A program made the translations under genes and the position numbers. Source: an uncultured Verrucomicrobiae bacterium (GTDB lineage: Bacteria; Verrucomicrobiota; Verrucomicrobiia; Limisphaerales; JAFGQR01). From it: 29,507 bases of DNA. Below, piece by piece: positions 9,551 through 18,173 of the stretch (positions within the stretch are counted from its first letter, which is position 1; each line of letters begins with the position of its first letter). Location of the stretch: NCBI GenBank assembly GCA_963788655.1, contig CAWBHS010000094.1, positions 1 through 29,507 on the forward strand, given 5' to 3'. The notes under the pieces are model-generated. The model saw only the letters and a list, made by a program, of their open reading frames with translations. It had not been told where the DNA came from and ran no database searches.

Positions 9551-10015
9551 CACTGGTTTGATGATGACATGTGAACCATCTGGTAAATCCGCCATCTGAC
9601 GGTGAACACAACCCCAACCGCCGAAATGCTCGCGAATCGGAAACGCCATCCGATTATCGGGCGTGTATGCACCACCGAACACTGGCAACTGCCGAAAGCT
9701 GTAGCACTGGCCTGAACCGAGGACAACGCCCGAAGCAACCAACTGGTCAACGACGGGAATCATCAGCCAATCGTCCGCAACTCCGGGCTCGTCAATCTTG
9801 GTGCAAAACTCGTCTCGACTCTTGGCAACCTGCTTCAGTGTGCCTGCACCAACATCGAGCATGTGAATCGATCCGTCTGGAACTGTGATGAACAAGTCTC
9901 CAGTGCGTGTCATTAACCACACTCGAAACTGGGGAGGTAACAGAAACCGCCACTCCTCAAGCAACGACTGCCAATCCAGACCGGTCTGGTCAATCAGGTA
10001 GTCGTGAATGTTCAT
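9545..10015 (-). CDS. Cassette 1: DUF1851 / T6SS immunity Tdi1-like protein
   Basis: 156 aa with W..LL.EW..LLP, GDLF....DG.IH.LD...G and L..GQCY.F...PVFGG.Y...N pattern; stop TAA lies inside R'' GGCTAAC. Confidence 0.75.
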   Translation of the reverse strand: MNIHDYLIDQTGLDWQSLLEEWRFLLPPQFRVWLMTRTGDLFITVPDGSIHMLDVGAGTLKQVAKSRDEFCTKIDEPGVADDWLMIPVVDQLVASGVVLGSGQCYSFRQLPVFGGAYTPDNRMAFPIREHFGGWGCVHRQMADLPDGSHVIIKPVG

Positions 10016-10031
10016 GGTGACGCGCGAAGTG

Positions 10032-10109
10032 GGCTAACGTTGTTTCGGCGTACCAACGGATGGAATAACAGAATCAGGCAGAAAAACCGTTGGTCCTATT
10101 CTGTTGGGC
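10032..10109 (-). mobile_element. attI-like site (alternatively an aberrant short attC) heading the cassette array
   Basis: Minus strand GTTATTC-catcc-GTTGGTA-CGCCGAA-ACAAC-GTTAGCC; a GCCCAAC and an ACCAACGG/CCGTTGGT stem lie further upstream. Confidence 0.5.
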
Positions 10110-10135
10110 AGAGAATCTGTACCCATCGCAAACTG

Positions 10136-10164
10136 AGTAAATGGAGTGCTTGTAAAAATGTCAA
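10136..10164 (-). promoter_or_regulatory. Sigma70-type promoter facing the cassettes (Pc-like)
   Basis: Perfect TTGACA (10164-10159), 17 nt spacer, TTTACT (10141-10136). Confidence 0.6.
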
Positions 10165-10376
10165 TCTCCGCATCTCCGCCAATCCCCGGTTTTGGCGCGG
10201 TCCAAGACGCTGAACCAGCCGCCAGCTCGCGGCGACGGTAAACCCGAAGCGCCTAGCAAAACTGCCAAGCCAGCCTCCCATGATCATGTTTTGTAGCCGG
10301 GCGCCATCGTCTGCCGTAGTCCAATCCATCATCATTGGAGTTTTCTTATGGCTTCGATGCAGACTAACATCTCTCC

Positions 10377-11771
10377 GTGCCTGATTTCGTCAGCCAAATC
10401 GAGGATGCCCTCCGCCGGCAACGGCTGCTGCGGAAAGGGCAACCGTTGTTGGTCGCAGTTTCCGGCGGGCTGGACTCGATGGTTCTGTTGCACGTCCTGC
10501 ACCGGCTGCAACGCCAGCACCGATGGCGGCTGACCGTGGCGCACTTCAATCACCGACTGCGCGGCCGGGCGAGTGCCGCGGATGAGCAACTCGTCCGGCG
10601 GACGGCGGACCAACTGGGGCTGCCGTCTGTGATCGAGCGGGCGGACGTGAAACAACACGCGCGGGCGGCGGGCCTCTCCTTGGAAATGGCCGCGCGCCAG
10701 TTGCGGCATGATTTTCTGGCACGGGCGGCCCAAGCCCGGCGCATTCGCGTAATGGCGCTGGCCCATCATGCGGATGACCAGGTGGAGCTGTTCTTTTTGC
10801 GGCTTTTGCGGGGCGCGGGGAGCGAGGGGCTGGCCGGTATGAAATGGCGCAGCCCGTCGCCGGCCAATCCACGCCTGACGCTGATTCGCCCGTTGCTCGA
10901 ACAGTCCCGGGACGCGCTGCGGCAATACGCCAGCGCCCATAAACTTCCATTCCGTGAAGACGCCACCAACCATTCTCTGGAATACCAGCGCAATCGCATA
11001 CGGCATGAATTGTTGCCCTTGTTGACCCGCGGTTACCAACCGGCGTTGCCCCGAATCATCTTCCGGCAACAAGAACTCCTTGCGGCGGAATCCGCGTTGC
11101 TCGACGAATGGACAAACGACTGGTTTGTGAACCGAAACCGAACGCCCTTTGATCATTTGCCCCTGGCCCTGCAACGCCGCGTTTTGCAGCGACAATTGAT
11201 CGAGCAGGGGATCGAGCCGGATTTTGACTTGATTGAATCACTGAGAGCCCAGCCGGCGAAACGCCTCATGGTTAATCCGCAATCGACGGTCGCGCGGAAC
11301 CCGGATGGGCTGATTGTCGTCCAACGGTTGGAACCAAAGTGCTTTCAAGCGGCAACATTGGCGGTTGACCTCTCGTCGGAACAGAAGCGTTGTGAGTTTG
11401 GCGGGGTCAACTTCGAGTGGCGGTTTCAGCGCCGGTCCGGTAGCAGGCTTCCCAATCGAAAGCCCGGCGGCGAGTGGTTTGACGCCGACCGGGTCGGGAG
11501 CCAGGTCATCCTGCGCCATTGGCGGCCGGGCGACCGGTTTCAGCCCAGCGGCATGGCGGCGTCGGTGAAGTTGCAGGACTTGTTCACCAACGCCAGGATT
11601 GCCTCGTCGCTTCGTCGCCAATTAGTGGTGGCCACGACCACCGACGATCGCCTCTGGTGGGTGGAGAGTTTGCGCATCGCGGAAAAATTCAAATTGGCCG
11701 GCAACACCAAACGTCGATTGCGCTGGCAATGGGAACGAATCGGCCAAGCCGTGTCGATTCAATCGCAGTAG
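10377..11771 (+). CDS. tilS: tRNA(Ile)-lysidine synthetase
   Basis: VAVSGGLDS PP-loop, HFNHRLRG, AARQLR, LAHHADDQVE, IRPLL, EDATN...RNRIRHELLP; C-terminal GDRF...KLQDLF domain. Confidence 0.97.
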   Translation: MPDFVSQIEDALRRQRLLRKGQPLLVAVSGGLDSMVLLHVLHRLQRQHRWRLTVAHFNHRLRGRASAADEQLVRRTADQLGLPSVIERADVKQHARAAGLSLEMAARQLRHDFLARAAQARRIRVMALAHHADDQVELFFLRLLRGAGSEGLAGMKWRSPSPANPRLTLIRPLLEQSRDALRQYASAHKLPFREDATNHSLEYQRNRIRHELLPLLTRGYQPALPRIIFRQQELLAAESALLDEWTNDWFVNRNRTPFDHLPLALQRRVLQRQLIEQGIEPDFDLIESLRAQPAKRLMVNPQSTVARNPDGLIVVQRLEPKCFQAATLAVDLSSEQKRCEFGGVNFEWRFQRRSGSRLPNRKPGGEWFDADRVGSQVILRHWRPGDRFQPSGMAASVKLQDLFTNARIASSLRRQLVVATTTDDRLWWVESLRIAEKFKLAGNTKRRLRWQWERIGQAVSIQSQ

Positions 11772-11905
11772 TGCCGCGCTACCGTTCCACGCTGCGCTGT
11801 CAAAAGGACGGAGCACGGACTTTCCGCGGGGGCATCAGACCTCAGCAACAGGAGCGCGAAGAATGAAACCGCAAATTCAATTCCGCTGGTCGGTCAGACC
11901 TGCCT

Positions 11906-11963
11906 CTCTGTTTCCTCCGTTTTCTCTTGTAAGAATGAACAGGAGGTAACGGAGGCAACTGAG
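11906..11963. repeat. Imperfect 25-bp inverted repeat (ACAGRAGGnAACRGAGG type) between convergent genes
   Basis: CTCTGTTTCCTCCGTTTTCTCTTGT - 8 nt loop - ACAGGAGGTAACGGAGGCAACTGAG. Confidence 0.65.
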
Positions 11964-12140
11964 ACGGAGGAAATTGAAGTGGGTGCTCTTTAAGAAGCAA
12001 GGAGCGGCTTTTGTGAGTTCAGAGCATTCTGTCCGAACGGCGATCAGGAACGGGGTAGAGTCCTGAGCGGGGGAAACCCCACCGTTACCGCTGGTCGTCA
12101 CCACACGTCTATTGCACTCGCAATACGTGCAGCGGTGGTG

Positions 12141-14108
12141 CTACTGCGACTTGTCCGCTTCCAACTCGGTCAACCGAATCGCGGCGGCTTCCCAATCGGC
12201 GGTGGCATGCGGCAGACGTTCGGCAATCTCCTTCAATTCCAGGTTGATTTGCATCGGCCGGCCCGGTTGCTCGTAAGTCTCCGGCTGCTCCAATTCGTCC
12301 GTCAGTTCATTTTGACGAGCTTCCAGTTCAGTGATTTCCCGCTCCAGCGAATCCACCGCCCGCTGGCGAACCTGGCGTTCGCGCGAGCGGGCCTGCCGCT
12401 GTTCGGCTTCGAGGCGCCGTTGTTCTTTGCGCGTCAATCCCGCGGGGCCGGTCCCGGCCGGTTCGCTGGTTGCCGCCGTCCTGCCGGGGAGACGAAGTTC
12501 CGCTTCCCGGCCGGTTTCCGTCGCTGCGCGCACGGCGGCGGTTTTATCGAGGTAATACTGGTAATCTCCCGAATAATGCGTCAGGCGTCCGTCTTGCACA
12601 TGCACCACGTGATTGGCCAGGGACCGGATGAAATAGACATCATGGCTGATGAATACCAGGGTGCCCGCGAACTGGCTCAGCGCAAACAGGAGCCCATCCA
12701 CGCTCGCTAAATCCAGGTGGGTGGTTGGTTCGTCCATGAGCAGCAGATTGGGTGGGTCGAGCAACAACCTCACCAGCGCCAGGCGACTTTTCTCGCCACC
12801 ACTGAGCACACTAACCTTCTTAAACACGTCATCGCCGCGAAATAGAAATGCGCCCAGCACACTGCGCACAAAGGTCTCCGTCAACCGCTGCGGTGTGTCG
12901 AAGGCTTCTTCGAGCACGGTATAATTCGGGTGCAGATTCTCGACGCGGTATTGCGAATAATACCCAGCTTTGACGTGGTAGCCGAGTTGGCGTTCGCCGG
13001 CCTGTGGGGTGAGCACGCCGGCCAACAGTTTGAGCAAGGTGGACTTGCCGGCGCCGTTTGGCCCGACCAGCACAATCCGCTGACCGCGCTGGGTTTCGAA
13101 ATCGAGCGTGTCATAAACCACGTTGTCGCCGTACGCGAAATGCACGCGCTCCAGCGTGACCACCTTCAGCCCGCTGCGCTGCGGTTGGGGAAACTCGAAT
13201 TCGATGCGGGCGTCCTCGCCGGCTGGCGCTTCGATTTTCTCCATCCGCGCGATCTGCTTTTCTTTGCTCTTCGCCTGGGTGGCCTTGGTGTTCTTGGCGC
13301 GGAAGCGGTCGATGAAGGACTGGAGCCGGGCGATTTCGCGCTCCTGATTCTTCCAAGCCGCCATCAATTGCTGCTCGTTGGCCTCGCGCTGCTCGAGGTA
13401 GGCATCGTAGTTGCCCCGGTACCGGAACATGCGTGTTTGGCGAAGCTCGACGACCAAGGTAACCAGTTCGTTCAAGAACTCGCGATCGTGCGAAATCACC
13501 ACGATGGCGCCCGGATACGTTTTCAAATACTGCTGAAACCAGAGCAACGCGTCGAGGTCGAGGTGATTGGTGGGCTCGTCGAGCAACAGCAAATCCGGCT
13601 GTTGGACGAGCAACCGCGCCAGGTGTGCGCGCATGACCCAACCGCCACTCATTTCCCGCGCGGGCCGGTCAAAATCCCGTTCCCGGAATCCCAGCCCCAT
13701 GAGAATCTTCTTGGCCTTCGCCTGAAGCTGGAATCCGCCCAGGGATTCGAAGTGCGCGTGCGCCGCATAATACTCGACGGACTGCGCTTCATGTTCGGCA
13801 TCGAGCTCCCGCAACCGGGCTTGAAGCTGCTGCATTTCCGGCGCAATGGCTGTCGCCAGTTCGAGCACGGTTTCCTCGCCCGCCGGCGCGCTCTCCTGGG
13901 GCAAATGGCCGACCGTCACGCCGCGCTGCCAGTCGATCTTGCCGGCATCCGGCGACAGGTGGCCGAGAATGAGCGAGAAGAGCGTGGACTTCCCCGCGCC
14001 GTTGGGACCGACCAGGCCGATACGGTCCTCGCGGTTTACCTGCAACGAAACGCCGTCAAATAACGTGCGCCCGCCGTAACCTTTACTGACATCCGAAAGC
14101 GCGAGCAT
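12141..14108 (-). CDS. ABC-F family ATP-binding protein (Uup/YheS-like, C-terminal coiled coil)
   Basis: Two Walker A motifs GPNGAGKST, signatures MSGGW and LSGGE, DEPTNHLD and DEPTTHLD, inter-ABC linker GNYDAY...; no TM segments; start MLALSDVSK at 14108. Confidence 0.95.
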   Translation of the reverse strand: MLALSDVSKGYGGRTLFDGVSLQVNREDRIGLVGPNGAGKSTLFSLILGHLSPDAGKIDWQRGVTVGHLPQESAPAGEETVLELATAIAPEMQQLQARLRELDAEHEAQSVEYYAAHAHFESLGGFQLQAKAKKILMGLGFRERDFDRPAREMSGGWVMRAHLARLLVQQPDLLLLDEPTNHLDLDALLWFQQYLKTYPGAIVVISHDREFLNELVTLVVELRQTRMFRYRGNYDAYLEQREANEQQLMAAWKNQEREIARLQSFIDRFRAKNTKATQAKSKEKQIARMEKIEAPAGEDARIEFEFPQPQRSGLKVVTLERVHFAYGDNVVYDTLDFETQRGQRIVLVGPNGAGKSTLLKLLAGVLTPQAGERQLGYHVKAGYYSQYRVENLHPNYTVLEEAFDTPQRLTETFVRSVLGAFLFRGDDVFKKVSVLSGGEKSRLALVRLLLDPPNLLLMDEPTTHLDLASVDGLLFALSQFAGTLVFISHDVYFIRSLANHVVHVQDGRLTHYSGDYQYYLDKTAAVRAATETGREAELRLPGRTAATSEPAGTGPAGLTRKEQRRLEAEQRQARSRERQVRQRAVDSLEREITELEARQNELTDELEQPETYEQPGRPMQINLELKEIAERLPHATADWEAAAIRLTELEADKSQ

Positions 14109-14155
14109 GGAACGTGGATTGTGACGGAGAACCGGCGGCAGGAGCAAGCAAAGCG

Positions 14156-14179
14156 GTGGAAAAGTTGAAGGGTTGAAAG
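14156..14179 (+). repeat. Degenerate octamer tandem repeat (GTTGAAnn x3)
   Basis: GTGGAAAA GTTGAAGG GTTGAAAG. Confidence 0.4.
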
Positions 14180-14277
14180 GATCAAGGAGCAGAAACCTGG
14201 AGTGGTTTTCCCAAAGTCCCGGGAAGGGAACCGTCTGGCGTCTGGTGGTGGTCAAGCCCAATTCCCGACACTCGGCG

Positions 14278-14853
14278 TCACTGGTAAAGCTGCTCAGTAC
14301 GGATGACTTCCGCAACGGTCGCGGGAACCAAGTCGTCCACCGACAGCCCGGCTTTAATCCGTTCGCGAATTTGCGACGAGGACACCGCCAACGGAAAGCC
14401 TCGCAGCGTGCGCACTCGGAAAGGCTTGGGCGCGGCGGCCACCGTTTCACCGGGACGGGGCACCACCAGGAATTCCACCAACCCGGCCAGCACTTCAGCC
14501 GACCGCCAGGAGGGCAACTGCCGCACGTGGTCGGCCCCGATCAGATAAAAGATTTCCGCCTTAGGAAAACGCCGGGCGTAATCCCGTACCGTATCAATCG
14601 TGTAAGAAACCCCGCCGCGGAGGATTTCCTGCAGATCAATTTCAAACTGACTCCGGCCCGCCAGCGCTAATCGCAGCAAGCGCGCGCGAACGTCGGCGGG
14701 CGCCGGTTGGATCTCCGGCTTGAACGGCGATTGGGCGGCGGGAATGAAGAACAAGCGGGTCAGTTCGAGTTCCTCCATGGCGGCTTGCGCGACCAGCAGG
14801 TGGCCGCAGTGTACGGGATCAAAGGAACCGCCAAATAAACCGATACGTTTCAT
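14278..14853 (-). CDS. nadD: Nicotinate-nucleotide adenylyltransferase
   Basis: IGLFGGSFDPVHCGH, SPFK, SYTIDT, LIGAD...LPSWR, VSSSQIRERI. Confidence 0.97.
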   Translation of the reverse strand: MKRIGLFGGSFDPVHCGHLLVAQAAMEELELTRLFFIPAAQSPFKPEIQPAPADVRARLLRLALAGRSQFEIDLQEILRGGVSYTIDTVRDYARRFPKAEIFYLIGADHVRQLPSWRSAEVLAGLVEFLVVPRPGETVAAAPKPFRVRTLRGFPLAVSSSQIRERIKAGLSVDDLVPATVAEVIRTEQLYQ

Positions 14854-14999
14854 TAGTGCGGAAGAATCGATGGCCGGCGGGTGGGCGTCCCTCGAAGGTT
14901 GGATTGGATTTCATTCGCTTGACAACGGACTTGGCTCCTTCGTTAAGCCATTGGCAAGACAACATGCGTTGGTCAGGCATCATTGACGGCAGGTTATCA

Positions 15000-16898
15000 T
15001 CATGCGCCCATGACCGGAATCGGTCGTTCCTCGCCCGGCGCGTCGTGCAAGGGGCGTTCGATGGCCTGCTGCTCCAGCACTCCGCGGGCTTTGGGAAAGA
15101 GGAGGACGGCTTCAACGATCATCCAGGCTTCGAGCAGGAGCGTCGCTGCGCCGATGATCACCAGTGTCCATTTGCCCTGGCTGATCCAACTGGGATTATC
15201 CGCCGCGCCCACAAAGACCTGCCAGATCATGGCCCACAGCGGCATGATTAACATGAACACCATCGGCAAAGTCAGGAACCAGATCGGTTTCGCACGCCGC
15301 CACAAATAAAAGGCGACCACCAGAAACGAGAGCCCAGCGAGAAGCTGATTCGTGGCGCCAAACAACGGCCACAACAACAGGCCGCCTTTGCCCGCGTTCA
15401 CAAACGACCAAGGCTGGCCCGCCGGCGGCACCGCCGCGACCACGGCCGCAATGGCAATGGCAAAAATGCTGGCGCCATGTTTGTTCCGCAAAACGCTCAC
15501 CAGACCCATAGGTCGGCCACCGGTTGCCGATTGCGGCTGCAACGCGTGCGCCAATTCCTGCACCACGTAGCGCTGGAGACGGCAGGCGGTGTCCATCGTC
15601 GTGCCGGCAAACGAAGCCACCAACACCCCCATCAGCGCCACCGCCACATTCTCGGGAATACCGAGCGTTTCCAGAAAATTGGCGGCGCCATCGACAAACG
15701 CCCCGACCTTGGCCGCCAGTGCCCCGGCTGCGGCCCAGGAACTGTAACGCGCCACCCAGGCCTCGTGTCCCGCGAGCACGGTACCGTTCGTCTGCATTTC
15801 GCCCAGTCCCAAACCGGCGGCGCACGCCAGAATCACCAGCACAGCCAGAAACCCTTCCAGCAGCATGCCGCCGTAACCAACAAACCGGGCGTCGGGTTCA
15901 CTCTTCAATTGCTTGCTGCTGGTGCCACTGCTGACCAGGCAATGGAATCCGCTGATGGCCCCGCACGCCACGGTGATGAACAAAAACGGAAAGATCATCG
16001 GCGCGCCTTTGGGATTCCATTGCACCATCGGCGCCACCAATTCGAGCCGCGGATGGGTCCCGTCGGGCAGCGCCACACCGCCGGCAACCGCCGCGACCGC
16101 CAAGCCGACAACGATAAGCGCCAATGCCGAAATCAGTTGCAGGGAGTTGATGTAATCGCGCGGCTGCAGCAGCGTCCACACCGGCAGCACCGAGGCTACG
16201 TAGCAATACAGCAGCAACACCAAAACCCACGTCCACGCCGACCAACCGGCCATCGCACTATTGATGGTGTGAAGGAGCCCGGTGTCACCGTAGATGACCG
16301 TGAGATACATGACGCCCAAGGCCAACAGGGAAGGTAGGAACAAGCCCGCGCCTTTCCGGTGTAGCCATACGCCGATGGCCACGGCAATCGGTATCTGGAT
16401 GGTGCAGGGAAAAATGGACGCCGGGTATTGTCGAAAGACCGAGGCGATGACCAGCCCGAAGATGGCGAGCACGATGGTCAACGTCAGCAACAGCACCAGC
16501 AGGAACAACAAACGGGTCCGCCCGTTCAGCACGCGCCCGGCAATGTCGCCCACCGTCTGGCCGTTGTTGCGCAAACTGACCACCAGCGTGCCCAGGTCGT
16601 GGACCGCGCCAATGAACACCGAGCCCAACATCACCCACAGCAACGCCGGCAGCCACCCCCACATGATGGCGATGGCCGGCCCGACAATGGGTCCGGTGCC
16701 GGCGATCGAAGTGAAGTGATGTCCAAAGACCACGGCTTTGGACGTTGGCACATAATCCGTGCCATCGTTCAGCCGTAACGAAGGGCAAACGGTCTTGGCG
16801 GAGAGTTCGAATATTTTCCGGCCCAGCCAGCGCCCATAGGTATGGTAGGCCACAATGAATCCCAGGCCGGACAACAAGGCGATGACCAACACGTGCAT
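15000..16898 (-). CDS. cstA: Carbon starvation protein A (peptide/pyruvate transporter)
   Basis: DGTDYVPT...FGHHFTSIAGTGPIVGP, WGWLPALLW, LPVWTLLQPRDYIN, LFITVACGAISGFH, WPLFGATNQLLA; start MHVLVIA at 16898. Confidence 0.96.
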   Translation of the reverse strand: MHVLVIALLSGLGFIVAYHTYGRWLGRKIFELSAKTVCPSLRLNDGTDYVPTSKAVVFGHHFTSIAGTGPIVGPAIAIMWGWLPALLWVMLGSVFIGAVHDLGTLVVSLRNNGQTVGDIAGRVLNGRTRLLFLLVLLLTLTIVLAIFGLVIASVFRQYPASIFPCTIQIPIAVAIGVWLHRKGAGLFLPSLLALGVMYLTVIYGDTGLLHTINSAMAGWSAWTWVLVLLLYCYVASVLPVWTLLQPRDYINSLQLISALALIVVGLAVAAVAGGVALPDGTHPRLELVAPMVQWNPKGAPMIFPFLFITVACGAISGFHCLVSSGTSSKQLKSEPDARFVGYGGMLLEGFLAVLVILACAAGLGLGEMQTNGTVLAGHEAWVARYSSWAAAGALAAKVGAFVDGAANFLETLGIPENVAVALMGVLVASFAGTTMDTACRLQRYVVQELAHALQPQSATGGRPMGLVSVLRNKHGASIFAIAIAAVVAAVPPAGQPWSFVNAGKGGLLLWPLFGATNQLLAGLSFLVVAFYLWRRAKPIWFLTLPMVFMLIMPLWAMIWQVFVGAADNPSWISQGKWTLVIIGAATLLLEAWMIVEAVLLFPKARGVLEQQAIERPLHDAPGEERPIPVMGA

Positions 16899-17003
16899 AC
16901 GGTAAGAATTTGCGCCGGTCGTCGCGTCTGTTAAAGGAAAAATTGCAGTAGGACAGGCGGCGAGAGAGAAATTCAAGGTTGGCGAAAACTCAGCCGGACT
17001 GGG

Positions 17004-17035
17004 CGAAAACCGAAATCCGAAGCCCGAAATCCGAA
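17004..17035 (+). repeat. Heptamer tandem repeat (CGAAATC-like)
   Basis: CGAAAAC CGAAATC CGAAGCC CGAAATC CGAA. Confidence 0.55.
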
Positions 17036-17186
17036 TGGCGTAGTGTCCAGCCTTGGGGGGGCGTTGACGTAGGCCAGCCGACTCGGAAATCCCGCGTGGC
17101 CGAAACCGCCCCGCGACCATTAGGCTTGTCCCAGTGTCGGCGTGAGCTCATCTAAGAAAGATTCCCTCCGAGCCGCCGCCAGGTTT

Positions 17187-17261
17187 TGGAGTGCGGCAGT
17201 CCTCTGCCGCTTTTGAAGGGCTGCAGTGCGTTCGAAAGCGGCAGAGGGCTGCCGCACTCCA
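17187..17261. repeat. REP/REPIN-like inverted pair (GGAG family)
   Basis: TGGAGTGCGGCAGTCCTCTGCCGCTTT ... AAAGCGGCAGAGGGCTGCCGCACTCCA; each arm is itself a hairpin; one mismatch between arms. Confidence 0.9.
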
Positions 17262-17332
17262 GGACGCTGGCGCGATCGGCGGCGCTTCGATCCAAATCAA
17301 CGCCCATTTACAAGGCCATTCACGAATTCCCA

Positions 17333-17360
17333 TTGCAGTTCGATGCGCCTTGGCAATAAT
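17333..17360 (+). promoter_or_regulatory. Possible sigma70 promoter for the hypothetical-rnc unit
   Basis: TTGCAG-N16-AATAAT, ending 23 bp before the ATG at 17384. Confidence 0.3.
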
Positions 17361-17383
17361 GGTTTCCCGTATAAAGTGTTTCG

Positions 17384-18136
17384 ATGATCGATTGGAATAT
17401 TCAATCACGCGCACACACCTGTCAGGCCTGCGGCAAGCATTTCGCCGACCAACAGCATTATCATACGCTGTTGTTCGACGCGAAGCACGAGTTCAAGCGG
17501 CAGGATGTGTGCGAGGCGTGTTGGCAGGCGCAATTCAGCGAAGGCGCCCGTGACCGCAAAGGTTTTGTCTCCTATTGGCAAGGCGTCTATGAGGCGCCCC
17601 CGGCGGCGCCCCCGGAGCCGATGCAAAAGGAAACGGTGGAATCCTTATTGCGGAAGATCATGGAATTGAACGATCCGCAGTACACCGCTGCCAGTTACAT
17701 CCTGGCCGTGATGCTCGAACGCAAACGCCTGCTCAAAATCAAGGAACAGCTCAAGCGCGATGGCCAGCGGATATTCATCTATGAACATCCGAAAAGCGGT
17801 GACGTGTTCACCATCCCGGATCCCGACCTGCAGCTCGATCAGTTGGAGCAGGTGCAACACGACGTGGCCCAACTGCTCGAACATGGGTTGAATCCACCGC
17901 CGGAGACGGCTGCTGTATCCGCAACCTCAGGGACGGAGGCAGCATCCGACGCGTTGCCCGAAACAACGGCATCCCCGGAAGAAACGCTTTCCGCTTCCGC
18001 CGCCGGCGGCGAAATACCCACGCCCGTCATGCCGACGGAAGGGACTGAAACCGACATGTCTCCGGTCGAGGCAACCTCGCCGGAAGCGCCGGCGGCTGAC
18101 GATCCCGTGATTCCATCCCTGCCGAAAACCGAATGA
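17384..18136 (+). CDS. Hypothetical protein with N-terminal Zn-binding CxxC...CxxC and a disordered acidic tail
   Basis: CQAC and CEAC pairs, conserved-looking YILAVMLERKRLLK and F.IPDP.L; low-complexity A/T/E/P C-terminus. Confidence 0.85.
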   Translation: MIDWNIQSRAHTCQACGKHFADQQHYHTLLFDAKHEFKRQDVCEACWQAQFSEGARDRKGFVSYWQGVYEAPPAAPPEPMQKETVESLLRKIMELNDPQYTAASYILAVMLERKRLLKIKEQLKRDGQRIFIYEHPKSGDVFTIPDPDLQLDQLEQVQHDVAQLLEHGLNPPPETAAVSATSGTEAASDALPETTASPEETLSASAAGGEIPTPVMPTEGTETDMSPVEATSPEAPAADDPVIPSLPKTE

Positions 18137-18173
18137 AACTGCGATCTTCGGCGTCCAGACCTCGTTCATCCTT

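Noticed and set aside
10096..10335. 79-aa minus-strand ORF as a fourth cassette gene
   Set aside because: It overlaps the predicted promoter, has no matching GTTGGGC core at its start and shows no recognisable protein features; not fully excluded
8300..10400. CRISPR array or toxin-antitoxin cassette
   Set aside because: Spacers are gene-sized and the repeats are not identical direct repeats; no toxin-antitoxin motifs recognised
12141..14108. Antibiotic-resistance ABC-F (ARE)
   Set aside because: Housekeeping context next to nadD, Uup/YheS-like architecture and no evident leader peptide; resistance cannot be supported from the sequence
14109..14450. N-terminal extension of the 769-aa ABC-F ORF (likewise cstA 16899-17120 and the isomerase 8208-8324)
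   Set aside because: They overlap nadD or intergenic repeats; family-typical starts lie downstream
14918..14950. Plus-strand TTGACA as an antisense promoter to cstA
   Set aside because: No convincing -10 box at 16-18 bp spacing
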